A DNA stretch of 64,000 bases from an uncultured Alphaproteobacteria bacterium (GTDB lineage: Bacteria; Pseudomonadota; Alphaproteobacteria; Rhizobiales; Beijerinckiaceae), in the NCBI GenBank assembly GCA_963823165.1, contig CAWGKV010000040.1:246877-310876 (forward strand), given 5' to 3'. The notes below the pieces were generated by a model. It searched no databases and was not told where the DNA came from. It saw only the letters and a program-made list of their open reading frames with translations. A program made the translations under genes and the position numbers. Positions 9,493-18,514 of the stretch are shown one piece after another (the first letter of the stretch is position 1; the number at the start of each line of letters is the position of its first letter).

Positions 9493-10473
9493 ATGGCCAG
9501 CGTTCTCAATGAGGCATACTTTCAGGACGAACGAGTGGCTTTCAACGAGCTAGAGCGTATCGTTTGGCCGAATGATCCCGTTTGCCCATTCTGCGGCAAT
9601 ATGGGGCGCATGTATAAATTGGAGGGTGTCAGGACCAAGCCTAGCAAGAAAAACCCGGAAGGGATCGTCAGGCATGGGTTACGCAAGTGCGGTGAATGCC
9701 GGAAACAATTTACCGTTCGCAAAGGAACAATATTTGAGGACAGCCCAATTCCTTTGCATCTTTGGTTCCAAGCCTTTTACCTAATGTGTTCCAGCAAAAA
9801 GGGTATCAGCGCCAATCAGTTGCATCGCACGCTTGGCGTGACCCTGACGACGGGATGGTTCATAGGACATCGTCTGCGCGAAGCCATGCGCTCCGGCGAT
9901 CTGTCCCCCATGGGCGGGGCTGGGGGCATCGTCGAGATTGACGAGACCTACATCGGCAGGAAGGAAGGGCGCGATGTTGAGCGTGGAACTGGCCACAAAA
10001 ATGCAGTTGTAACGCTTGTCGAGCGCGGTGGCTCCGCGCGCTCTTTCCCTGTTGATCGCGCTACGCGCTCCGCAGTCGTCCCCATCGTCAGCGCGAATAT
10101 TGATTGCAAATCCCCGTGATGACAGATGAGTCCAATGTCTACACGAAGCTTGGAGAGCAGCTCGCGGCGGTTCGCGGCGCATGGTAAGGTCGATCACAGC
10201 CGCGATGAATACGCCTATACTGACCGCGCGACCGGCGTTAGCATTGGCGTTAACACAGTCGAGGGGTACTATTCCATCTTCAAACGCGGTATGAAGGGCG
10301 TTTACCAGCATTGCAAGGAGAAGCACCTTCACCGATATCTGGCTGAGTTCGATTTCCGTTACAGTAACCGGATCAAGTTGGGCGTGGACGATGAAATGCG
10401 GACGGAGCGTGCGCTTGCTGGCGTCGTTGGGAAGAGGTTGACCTATCGGGGCTCGTCAGCGGCGCGTGTGTGA
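9493..10473 (+). pseudogene. IS1595-family DDE transposase, interrupted
   Basis: Zn-ribbon CPFCG...CGECRKQFTVRKGTIFE, VEIDETY, VMTDE (in a shifted frame at 10116-10160), NTVEGYYSIFKRG and YLAEFDFRY. In-frame TGA TGA at 10117-10122. Confidence 0.93.
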
Positions 10474-11216
10474 GCGACATGCGCATCGGTACGAAATTAA
10501 CATGGATACTGGACGGGCGGCGCCCGAACCAAATTCCCTTGGCTCGCCTTGCAGAATATATGCAGAATCTTGCTGTGCTGTTTGGCGAGATAGACAATGT
10601 GCACTTCGAACAGGTTTTTGAAGGCTCTACTTGCCTTGAAGCGAAGATCAGGCCCGGAATTCCATCTCAGAGAGTGCAGGAAAGGGTAGCTGCGGTGCGC
10701 CAAAAGCGCGCGCCTGCGGACGCTATGAGGGCATATCACCGTCTTGATGAGATGGTACATGAAGATAGGGGACCAGCTAGGCTATCTTGCGGGCCGGCTA
10801 TAATACTTAGGTTCCCAGGTAAGGTTATAGAAAAATACAAACCAGCCTCTATCTTAGAGAGAGGAACAGTTGTTGGGCGTCTTTATTTTCTTATGGAGGA
10901 ATCTCCAGGGCAGCTAAGAGTGCGGATTCGGCCTAGAACGGGAAATGCATACGTCCCATGCACGGCGGACGGCAGCATTGGCCGCCATTTGAGAAACTAT
11001 TTCATGGACGCTGTACGTGCATCTGGTCGAGGAATGTGGGAGAGGATGGAAAGCGGAGAATGGTCTTGCCGTTCTCTCCATATTGATGATGTGCAGCCCG
11101 TCAAAGACAGTTCCCTCCGGGAGGCGATAAATGCCTTGAGGAACGTCGAAGCGCATTGGTCCGACGATCCGCTAGCAGAGTGGCTTGAAATTGAAGAAAG
11201 GAGCGGGGCCGCGTGA
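10470..11216 (+). CDS. Hypothetical 248-aa passenger protein, candidate partner or antitoxin of the PIN protein
   Basis: GTGA overlap with the transposase stop. N-terminal IPLARLAEYMQNLAVLFG...VHFEQVFEGS segment and a beta-rich C-terminal half. Confidence 0.85.
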   Translation: MSDMRIGTKLTWILDGRRPNQIPLARLAEYMQNLAVLFGEIDNVHFEQVFEGSTCLEAKIRPGIPSQRVQERVAAVRQKRAPADAMRAYHRLDEMVHEDRGPARLSCGPAIILRFPGKVIEKYKPASILERGTVVGRLYFLMEESPGQLRVRIRPRTGNAYVPCTADGSIGRHLRNYFMDAVRASGRGMWERMESGEWSCRSLHIDDVQPVKDSSLREAINALRNVEAHWSDDPLAEWLEIEERSGAA

Positions 11217-11806
11217 TCGCGGCGATGGATAATACGTTCCTGACTGTGCTGCTAAATCCTAACGCGGCACCGAGACCGAATCCAGCAACGCAGCAGCCGG
11301 TTCCGCATTGTCGCGAGCGCATTGAGGCGCTGATTGACGATCTTTCTCGCACGCAAGCTACTCTGATTGTACCAACTACTGCGCTCGCGGAAGCGCTCTG
11401 TGGTGATCAAGCTATAGAGGAGTACTTTTCCACCTTGCAGCAATTCTCGGCGATAGAGTTGGCTCCGTTTGATGGGAAAGCAGCTTATGAGTTTGCGCGT
11501 ATAATCCGAGAGGCAAAGGCAAAGGGAGACAAGCGTTCTGGACAGATTGGGGACTGGCAGAACGTGAAGATGGATCGAACGATTGTTGCCACCGCCATCT
11601 CTCGCTCAGCTTCCATCCTTTTTTCCGACGACGGCCCTCAGAAGAATTTTGCCATTGCCGCTGGATTGTCTGTTAAATCTACCTGGGACTTGGATTTGCC
11701 ACCAGAATACGCGCAACACCATATGAGCGAGATTGGCGATGCATCATGGCCGACTCAGAAAAAACCCCCCAAGTCGAGCGATTCAGAGCAACCGCTCGCG
11801 CGCTAG
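11213..11806 (+). CDS. PIN-domain (VapC-like) ribonuclease
   Basis: Four acidic positions in PIN order: MDNTFL, PTTALAE, KMDRTIVATA, LFSDD. GTGA overlap with the upstream gene. Confidence 0.8.
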   Translation: MIAAMDNTFLTVLLNPNAAPRPNPATQQPVPHCRERIEALIDDLSRTQATLIVPTTALAEALCGDQAIEEYFSTLQQFSAIELAPFDGKAAYEFARIIREAKAKGDKRSGQIGDWQNVKMDRTIVATAISRSASILFSDDGPQKNFAIAAGLSVKSTWDLDLPPEYAQHHMSEIGDASWPTQKKPPKSSDSEQPLAR

Positions 11807-11961
11807 GCTGCGATGAGGATAAGGAAAAGTTTGAGGCCGCGCTAAAGAAAATCGCAGCAAAAATCGCAGCACATAAACCCCGCAAGGACGGCGCAAATAG
11901 CTCCAAACGGAGAACTACCAAAAAATTGAAGAAAACAACTGAGGCTAGCCAACAGCAATAG
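11746..11961 (+). CDS. Small basic 71-aa protein (QVERF...ARALGCDED motif)
   Basis: Compact helical core QVERFRATARALGCDEDKEKFEAALKKIA followed by a Lys-rich tail. I recall similar ORFs beside IS1595 transposases, but this is unverified. Confidence 0.6.
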   Translation: MADSEKTPQVERFRATARALGCDEDKEKFEAALKKIAAKIAAHKPRKDGANSSKRRTTKKLKKTTEASQQQ

Positions 11962-12570
11962 CTATAGGTCGGGAACAATAACGAGACGCCCAGAAAAACG
12001 ACGCATGTCGTAAGTTCTTTTGACACTATCCTGCTTTAGGCCATGAAGCCAACTATACGTTGTCTCCATTTCAATTCTGGTTGACTCAGTTGCTGGCATA
12101 GACCCTAGTAAAAACCTTAAGCCGCAATCTTGTGTGGCGATGTCTGATGGGCGCAGAATTGATATTATTGGGTTGCCTTGGAGAGGGGCATTACCGCTGT
12201 AGACGTAGTTTCCGCGTGACCTTATCTTTCTACCTTCGTTCCAGATTGTGCAGGTTGTTACCAAATCGGTCAAAGTCCATGAGCCTGAATTACCCAATGT
12301 AAATAATGTTTCGGATAAGTTGTTGGCGCTGAACGCCGCAATCTGTATCGTCAACCGTGGCTGAAAGGTGTGAGAGAAATTGAAGATGAAAAGAAATGCC
12401 GCCACATAAAACCAGACATTGCGGAACGTTCGATCAATCGACAGCGTCGCTCTTAGGAAGCTTGCTAGGAATGCTTGCAGGAAAACTCGTTGGCGTCGTG
12501 GCGGCTCTTGCGACGGTTGTTCTGGCGTTTGCGGTGGTGTGGTTTCTGATTCATCATCTGTAGCAGACAT
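11962..12570 (-). CDS. Hypothetical 202-aa passenger protein with one predicted TM helix
   Basis: Acidic, Pro-rich N-terminus, hydrophobic VWFYVAAFLFIFNF and a beta-rich remainder. AT-rich codons; a promoter lies in the right TIR. Confidence 0.7.
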   Translation of the reverse strand: MSATDDESETTPPQTPEQPSQEPPRRQRVFLQAFLASFLRATLSIDRTFRNVWFYVAAFLFIFNFSHTFQPRLTIQIAAFSANNLSETLFTLGNSGSWTLTDLVTTCTIWNEGRKIRSRGNYVYSGNAPLQGNPIISILRPSDIATQDCGLRFLLGSMPATESTRIEMETTYSWLHGLKQDSVKRTYDMRRFSGRLVIVPDL

Positions 12571-12744
12571 GGCAATCGCACCGGAGTTCCCGCCATGTCA
12601 ACGCACCGCTTTGACGAGACGCCAAAGCGGGCATCAGCCTACCCCCAGATCGTGGTTTGTCAACTAGAATATCGCCATTCGGGATGAAACCGCTTCGCCC
12701 TTGTTGGGCACCAGATCTTGTAGGTGCTACTCGGGAAGGCAAGC

Positions 12745-13428
12745 TCACATGACGCCAAATGTGTCGAACGCCTCGCGCGCGCTCATCCCTCGCCGGATGG
12801 CGTTCGCGACCTCATTTTCCGCCGACGCCTTGGCGAGGGCTGCGGCCACCGCGTCGCCTGCGATTTCGGAGGGAATGACCAACACGCCCTCCCGATCGCC
12901 GAAAATGAGGTCGCCGGGCGCGATGCGCACCCCCTCGATTTCGACCGCTACGCGGAAATCGATCACCTTGCCGCGCGGGCCCTGGTCCTGCGCGTAAAGG
13001 CCGCGGCTGAAAGTCGGAAAAGCCAACGCCTCGATCCCCGCCGCATCGCGGACGAAGCCGTTGAGGACGGCGCCCGCGGCGCCCAGATGGCGCGCCCGGG
13101 TCGACATGAGTTCGCCCCATAGCGCATAGCGAAACGAGCCGCCGGTGGCGACATAGACCTCGTTTGGGCGAAGGTCGTCGAGCGCCTCCAGCATCAGCCC
13201 GAAGGGTTTTGCCAGCGGGCCCGCGGACTTGCCCGGCGCCTCGTCGAAGACGTCCGCCTCGAGGACGGGCAGGGCGCGGCCGACGAGCTTCATGTCTGCG
13301 CTGAGCGGCCCGATCGCCTGCGGCAGGAACTGCCGCCTCCATCCCATCTTGTCGAGCGCGTCGCCGACGACGGCCGTAAACAGCTTGTCGCGCAGACTGG
13401 AAAAAAGCGCGTCGTCGTCCATCTTCAC
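12745..13428 (-). CDS. RraA-like / HMG aldolase family protein
   Basis: TAVVGDALD, ALWGELMSTRA...GFVRD, IAPGDLIFGDREGVLVIP. Confidence 0.9.
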   Translation of the reverse strand: MKMDDDALFSSLRDKLFTAVVGDALDKMGWRRQFLPQAIGPLSADMKLVGRALPVLEADVFDEAPGKSAGPLAKPFGLMLEALDDLRPNEVYVATGGSFRYALWGELMSTRARHLGAAGAVLNGFVRDAAGIEALAFPTFSRGLYAQDQGPRGKVIDFRVAVEIEGVRIAPGDLIFGDREGVLVIPSEIAGDAVAAALAKASAENEVANAIRRGMSAREAFDTFGVM

Positions 13429-13505
13429 GTCCCGCCCTCCGCGGTTGCCCGGTTAACGAGTCGGTATACCAGATCCCTTATTGGCGACTGGCTGCGGGCC
13501 GCGGC

Positions 13506-14664
13506 TTACGGCCGGTCGCCGTGGCCGTTCAGCGCGCCCGGGGCCCAGTTCACCCCATCGCGCATGGCGTAGAAGATGTGGGCGCCGATGCGGTCCACCC
13601 GGCGCAAATAGCCGACCCAGAACGGCGAGACGTAGTTGGCGTGATAGTTGACCGCTTCCACGACCGCGGGATTGTAATTCTTCCCGCTGACGACTTCACC
13701 GGCGATGCGGGTGGCGACGGCCCAGGGCCCCGGCTCCTCGATGCGCAGCGACTTGCCTTCGCAGGCGAAGGAGAACTGGCAGGCGAAGGGCCGGTTGCGA
13801 TCCTGATAGACGACGCCGCAGACGGTGCTCGGATAGATGCCGCTGCGCACCCGGTTCAGCACCACCTGCGCCACCGCCGCCTGGCCGGCCTCGGGCTCGC
13901 TGCGTGATTCGAAGTAGATCGCTTCGGCCAGACAGCGCAACTGTCGGGCGTTGTCCTTCGGGTCGATCAGCGCCGCATAGTTCGGCTGGCCGCCGCCGAG
14001 CAGCGACTGCTGCGCGACGGTCGTGTCCCGGGCGTTGGGGTCGGTCACCACCGCCACCACCACCCCGTCGCTCGAAGTCGGGGAAGACGAGTTGAGGGCG
14101 AACTCCAGGGGCAGCCCCGGAGTGGCGCCGTCGCTGAAGGTCGAGGCGGCGGCTCCGGGCGGGCGCTCCGGGTCGCCGGGGCGTACGGGGCTCATCGTAT
14201 GGCCAGGGTCGAATTCAGCGTCGCGCGGGGGCTCGATGTCGCGCGGCGCCTCCGGCAGGAAACCGGCTCCAACGCGCCCGGGGCCGCTCGCCATCGCCGG
14301 CGCGGCCGCCAGGCTGCGGCTTGATGAGCGGATCGCCCCTGGCGCTCCGGTTGACGTCGGGGAGCGGCTCAGCCGTCGCCTTGAGGGTGGTCTTCGGCTC
14401 GATCTCGTCGGGCGAGGAGGTGTCGCCGGGGGCGCCGACGAGGGGCAACGGCGCGCCGTCGGCGTCCACCGCCTGGCGCCGGCTCGCGAGCGCGATTGCC
14501 TTGCGGACCGGGTCGATCTCATCCTGGAGCCGGCCGCGGTCGTAGACGCCGGACAGCTGGATGGGCTCCTGTTCGGCCTCGGCCGTGATAGAGAGCAGCA
14601 CGCCCGCGGCGAGGCACCACGGAGCGACGACCGAAACAGCCCATCCTATGCGTGACCAACCCAT
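13506..14664 (-). pseudogene. Cell-wall hydrolase (SleB/Hydrolase_2 family) with one frameshift near 14316
   Basis: C-terminal CLAEAIYFESRSEP...VAQVVLNRV...CQFSFAC...GAHIFY. The membrane-anchor N-terminus (MGWSRIGWAVSVVAPWCLAAG) is in another frame; the junction is at AAG CCG C|AGC CTG. Confidence 0.85.
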
Positions 14665-14738
14665 ACGCCTTCCACGCGCCTGTCCCGTCTTCGACGCGCG
14701 GGCCGCATGAGAAAGCGCGCGCAATTCGAACGGTCCTG

Positions 14739-14753
14739 TTTATGTGCGCTTAA
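14739..14753 (-). promoter_or_regulatory. Possible CtrA site upstream of the cell-wall hydrolase
   Basis: TTAA-GCGCACA-TAAA on the minus strand, a 7/8 match to TTAA-N7-TTAA, 75 bp upstream of the start. Confidence 0.35.
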
Positions 14754-14819
14754 GGTTGCGAGCGGGTTACCGCAGCGTCCGGGAGGGCGTCCCGGATTGG
14801 GGCATGGGCGCCGGCGCCC

Positions 14820-15626
14820 TCACCGGAGCCGCTCGATCAGACCCATCGCCGCGGCGGGGTTCAGCGCCTTGAAGCCGCTGATCACGTAAAGGAAAACGTC
14901 GCGTCCGGGCGCCGCGGCGGCGGAAGCGGCGACGGTCGCGAGATCGGACGGCGTATCTCCCTGCGCCCACGCCAGCGCCCGCTCCGCCCAGAGATCCAGC
15001 GCCTCGCCCGAATAGCCGAGCTTTTCCGAATCGGTCGTTCCCATGATGCGCGCATAGACGAAGGGGGCGGTCGAATCCGCGATCAGCGGAAACGCGCTGT
15101 CGCCTGCGACGACGACGGCCACTCCATGGGCGCGGGCGAGCTCGACGAATTCCGCGCTTCCGAAGCTCTCGTTGCGGACTTCGACGGCGTGACGAATGGC
15201 GAGGCCATCGACCGAGGAGGGCAGAAGCTTCAGGAAGGCGCCGAAGTCGTCCGGATCGAATTGCTTGGTCTTGGCGAACTGCCAGTTGACCGGTCCGAGC
15301 TTGTCTTTGAGCTCCGTCACGCCGGTCTTGAAGAACCGCTCGACGGAGGGCCCCGCTTCGCCGAGGACGCGACGGTTGGTGGCGAAGCGCGGCCCCTTGA
15401 CCGCGAAGACGAAATCGTCCGGCGTCTCGTCGCGCCATCGGGCGAAGGTCTCCGGGGTCTTCGAGCCGTAATAGGTGCTGTCGATCTCGATCGAGGTGAG
15501 CTTGCGGCTCGCATATTCGAGCTCGCGGCTGTGCGGCAGGCCCTTCGGATAGAAGGCGCCCCGCCACGGCTCGTAGTTCCAGCCGCCGACGCCGATCCGA
15601 ATCCTTGCCGACCCGCTGGCAGGCAT
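14820..15626 (-). CDS. DUF72 family protein
   Basis: IRIGVGGWNY, IEIDSTYY, FAVKGPRFATN, GPVNWQF, HAVEVRNESF, YARIMG. Confidence 0.92.
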   Translation of the reverse strand: MPASGSARIRIGVGGWNYEPWRGAFYPKGLPHSRELEYASRKLTSIEIDSTYYGSKTPETFARWRDETPDDFVFAVKGPRFATNRRVLGEAGPSVERFFKTGVTELKDKLGPVNWQFAKTKQFDPDDFGAFLKLLPSSVDGLAIRHAVEVRNESFGSAEFVELARAHGVAVVVAGDSAFPLIADSTAPFVYARIMGTTDSEKLGYSGEALDLWAERALAWAQGDTPSDLATVAASAAAAPGRDVFLYVISGFKALNPAAAMGLIERLR

Positions 15627-15643
15627 GCTCGCCTCCGGAATAG

Positions 15644-16135
15644 TCACGTCTTTAAGCCGGACGAACCGCGTCCGACCTCCGCGACTTTGCCGCCAGTCAG
15701 CGCCACGAGATCGGCCGGGGTAAGGCGGAAAACCGCATTCGGGGTTCCGGCCGCCGCCCAGATTTCCGCATGCGTCATGAGCTGCTCGTCGATGAGCGCG
15801 ATCGGCGGCGTCCTGTGGCCGATCGGCGGCACCCCGCCGATGGCGAAACCGGTCGCCTCCCGCACGAAATCGGCGTCGGCCCGCTCGATCGGCTCGCCGA
15901 CGAGCGCCGCGATCTTCCTTTCGTCCACCCGATGGCCGCCGGAGGCGACCACGAGGACGGGGCGGCCGCCCGCGGCGCGGAAGACGAGCGATTTGGCGAT
16001 CTCTTCCACCTTGCAGCCGATCGCGGCCGCCGCGTCCTCGGCGGTGCGGGTGCCGGCGTCGAACTCGAGGACCTCGAAACGCGGGCCGAGGGCGGCCTGG
16101 ACCTTCAGCGCGGAGGGACTCGCAGCGGGTTTCAT
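15644..16135 (-). CDS. YbaK/EbsC aminoacyl-tRNA deacylase family protein
   Basis: IAKSLVF, ATGFAIGGVPPIGH, IWAAAGTP. Confidence 0.92.
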   Translation of the reverse strand: MKPAASPSALKVQAALGPRFEVLEFDAGTRTAEDAAAAIGCKVEEIAKSLVFRAAGGRPVLVVASGGHRVDERKIAALVGEPIERADADFVREATGFAIGGVPPIGHRTPPIALIDEQLMTHAEIWAAAGTPNAVFRLTPADLVALTGGKVAEVGRGSSGLKT

Positions 16136-16509
16136 GAGGATCCTTCCGTCTACAAGGCTGACGACAAGCGTCTGTTTCAGAAGTCATGGACCTCAGCGTC
16201 TGAATTGGCCACCCCGGCGGCGCCGGCGCATTGGGCACGAAAGTTCCAGTGGCAGAGCGTCGGCTGGAACTGCGACTGGCCGAGGCCGTCCTCGAGACGG
16301 CCGCGCTTCGAGCGACCGGATGGAAGTCGGCGCTGCGATGCGTTCGACTGGAAACGGACGATAGCCGTCCGCCCGGACGGCACGGAGCTCGCGCGAGGGC
16401 CGCTCGAAACGCCTCGAGGGGCGGCGGAACGCCATGGAGCCGACGCCACGTTGGACGACGATCCAAGCCAGGGAAACTTCCGCCAAAGGACCGGATAGAC
16501 GGAGCAATG

Positions 16510-16590
16510 CCAGAGAAAGCCGAAGCAAAGCAAAAGTGTTCCATGAACCGAGGCTTTTCAAAGACTTAGGCCGGAATCCAAATTCTTTTG
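16510..16590. repeat. Divergent partial member of the 8.9/54 kb repeat family (core only)
   Basis: CGAGGCTTTTCAAAGACTTAGGCCGGAATCCAAATT aligns with CTCGCCTTTTCAGTGACTTACACCAGA (copy 1) and CTTTCAACGGCTTACACCAGA...TCCAAATT (copy 2), after an A-rich tract. Confidence 0.5.
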
Positions 16591-16610
16591 TAACTCCCAG
16601 GCCGTCGCGT

Positions 16611-16778
16611 ATCCCCTCGCCCGCGAAGCGGGAGAGGACAGGCGCGAAGCGCCACGCGAGGGTTGAGAACGCCGAACGGCGGGCGTTGATGGCGGCCGCA
16701 AGGTTCGTCGGTTGTCCGTCCCCCTCACCTGGCGCGGCTTCGCCGCGCCGTCCTCTCCCGCTTCGCCGGCGAGGGGGT
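16611..16778. repeat. REP/MITE-like composite inverted repeat
   Basis: The arm CCCCTCGCCCGCGAAGCGGGAGAGGAC... (from 16611) pairs with ...GTCCTCTCCCGCTTCGCCGGCGAGGGGG (to 16778). Each arm is internally palindromic. Confidence 0.75.
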
Positions 16779-16920
16779 CGCCGAACTTCACAGCTTGGGA
16801 GAGCGAACCTCTGGTTATTCGTCACACCGACAAAGCGGCGCACAGTTGGCGCCTAAACTCACTTCCGCGTAACGGCGGTTCAAGCTATTTCTGAAGACCC
16901 TCGGGTGGAGAATTTGCAGC

Positions 16921-17466
16921 GTGGCGAAGCTCGTCTTCGGAATGTCGCAGTCCCTGGACGGCTACGTCGATGGCCTAGCGGGCGACCTGGAATTGCCGCC
17001 GCCTGGTCCCGCGCTATTTCGTCACTTCACCGAGTGGGTGCGCGACCTGACCGGCAGTGTGTACGGTCGCCGCGTGTACGAGCTGATGCGTTATTGGGAC
17101 GAGGACCGTCCGGAGTGGGGCGCGGAGCAACATGACTTCGCGGCGGCGTGGCGGAACCAACCGAAGTGGGTGGTGTCGCGCTCGTTGAAGTCGGTCGGGC
17201 CCAACGCCACACTCGTCGAGGATGACATCGAGGCGGTGATACGCGGGCTGAAGGCTCAGCTCGTCGGGGAGATCGAAGTCGCCGGACCAGAATTGGCGCG
17301 AAGCCTGACCGACCTTGGTCTTATCGACGAGTATCAACTCTACTTCCGCCCCTTCGTGCTTGGTCGCGGCAAGCCATTCTTCGCCGGTCCCCGACCGCCG
17401 CTCCGCCTCATGGCGAGCGATCCGATTGGCGAGGACGCGATCAGGTTGACGTACGTTCCTGCTTGA
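16921..17466 (+). CDS. Dihydrofolate reductase / RibD C-terminal family protein
   Basis: MSQSLDGYV, YGRRVYELM, GGP-like AGPELARSL, LIDEYQLYFRPFVLGRGKPFF. Confidence 0.92.
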   Translation: MAKLVFGMSQSLDGYVDGLAGDLELPPPGPALFRHFTEWVRDLTGSVYGRRVYELMRYWDEDRPEWGAEQHDFAAAWRNQPKWVVSRSLKSVGPNATLVEDDIEAVIRGLKAQLVGEIEVAGPELARSLTDLGLIDEYQLYFRPFVLGRGKPFFAGPRPPLRLMASDPIGEDAIRLTYVPA

Positions 17467-17596
17467 CCGCGTAACTTGGTCTACGCCCGCAACCGTGAAG
17501 GGCGCCCCGGACTATCAGCCGACCGCTTCCCCCGTTGCACCCAAAACAAGACCCTTCATGTTCGAACTCGATCTTTCTTGGTGTGAACGTCGCAGT

Positions 17597-18469
17597 TCAC
17601 GCCGTCGCGGCATTCCGGGCCGCCGCGAAGACTTCGCGAGCGGACGTCGTCCCTGCGACGTGCTCCGTGTCCTTGACGCCAAGGTCCATCCAGCCCGCGT
17701 TGACGGCCTCGAACATCGCTTCGGCCGGTCCGGTCTGGCCCTTCGGGATGCCGAACTGCTCGAATGCTGCCGGCCACCCGGCCCGTGGGACGGTAAACGC
17801 CTTGACGTCGCGCTGCATGACTTCGCCCAACTGAGCCGCGACTTCATCCGCGCTGACCATCGAGCCTAGCTCGACAATGCGACGCCCCGACCACGCCGGC
17901 CCGATCAGCAGCGTCGCCGCCTCAGCGCCGATGTCGTTTGCTGCGACCATCGTCGATTTCCGGTTGGTCGGATTGTAGTAGACGGGCAGCGTGCCGCCCT
18001 GGGCGACGTGCAGGCCGTAAAGGAAGTTTTCGAAAAACCCGCCGGCGCGCACGAAGGCGATTGGCGACGCCAGGTCATGAAAGCCTTGCTCCATGAGCGA
18101 CAGCGCCGTGATCATCCCCAGCCCGCTGGTCCTGTTTGCCCCCATCGACGAGAGCGCAACCACCCGCGGCGGCGCTGCCCTGGTGAGCGCCTCGACATAG
18201 TTTGCAATCACACCCTTTGCTTCTTTGAAATCGGGCGAAGGCGCCCAGACAGCCGGCAACATGACGAACGCGCCTTCGACGCCTTCGAGCGCCCGCTCGA
18301 TGGCTGCCGAATCATTCCAATCGCCGTCTACCAGTTCCACGCCCTGGTTCGCCCAATTTGACGCCTTCTCGCGATTGCGGACGAGCGCGCGTACCTCCTT
18401 GCCGTGCGTCAACAGATGTTCTGCCGTCGCGCCGCCCACTTTTCCCGTGATTCCCATGACTAAAAACAT
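17597..18469 (-). CDS. NmrA-like NAD(P)-binding protein
   Basis: MGITGKVG, VRALVRN, LSSMGA, RAGGFFENF. Confidence 0.9.
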   Translation of the reverse strand: MFLVMGITGKVGGATAEHLLTHGKEVRALVRNREKASNWANQGVELVDGDWNDSAAIERALEGVEGAFVMLPAVWAPSPDFKEAKGVIANYVEALTRAAPPRVVALSSMGANRTSGLGMITALSLMEQGFHDLASPIAFVRAGGFFENFLYGLHVAQGGTLPVYYNPTNRKSTMVAANDIGAEAATLLIGPAWSGRRIVELGSMVSADEVAAQLGEVMQRDVKAFTVPRAGWPAAFEQFGIPKGQTGPAEAMFEAVNAGWMDLGVKDTEHVAGTTSAREVFAAARNAATA

Positions 18470-18514
18470 GCGTGTTCTCCTGATCTTTGGGGACAGAGCA
18501 CTGTCCCTGTTGGT

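Larger units (their letters stand above)
9434..12675 (+). mobile_element. IS1595-family element carrying passenger genes (3242 bp)
   Basis: 22-bp TIRs GCGATATTATAGTTGACAAACC (9434-9455) and GGTTTGTCAACTAGAATATCGC (12654-12675), one mismatch. Flanking direct repeat CATTCGGGAT at 9424-9433 and 12676-12685; the family usually makes 8-bp TSDs and ATTCGGGA is the inner 8-mer. IS1595-type transposase; interior is visibly lower in GC. Confidence 0.95.

Noticed and set aside
10105-10130. Programmed frameshift in the transposase
   Set aside because: There is no slippery heptamer, two separate shifts would be needed, and IS1595 transposases are single-ORF.
12704-12718. NrdR-box-like CACCAGATCTTGT (similar strings at 12644-12655 and in the repeat)
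   Set aside because: Single sites with no ribonucleotide reductase gene adjacent; NrdR boxes normally occur as tandem pairs upstream of nrd genes.
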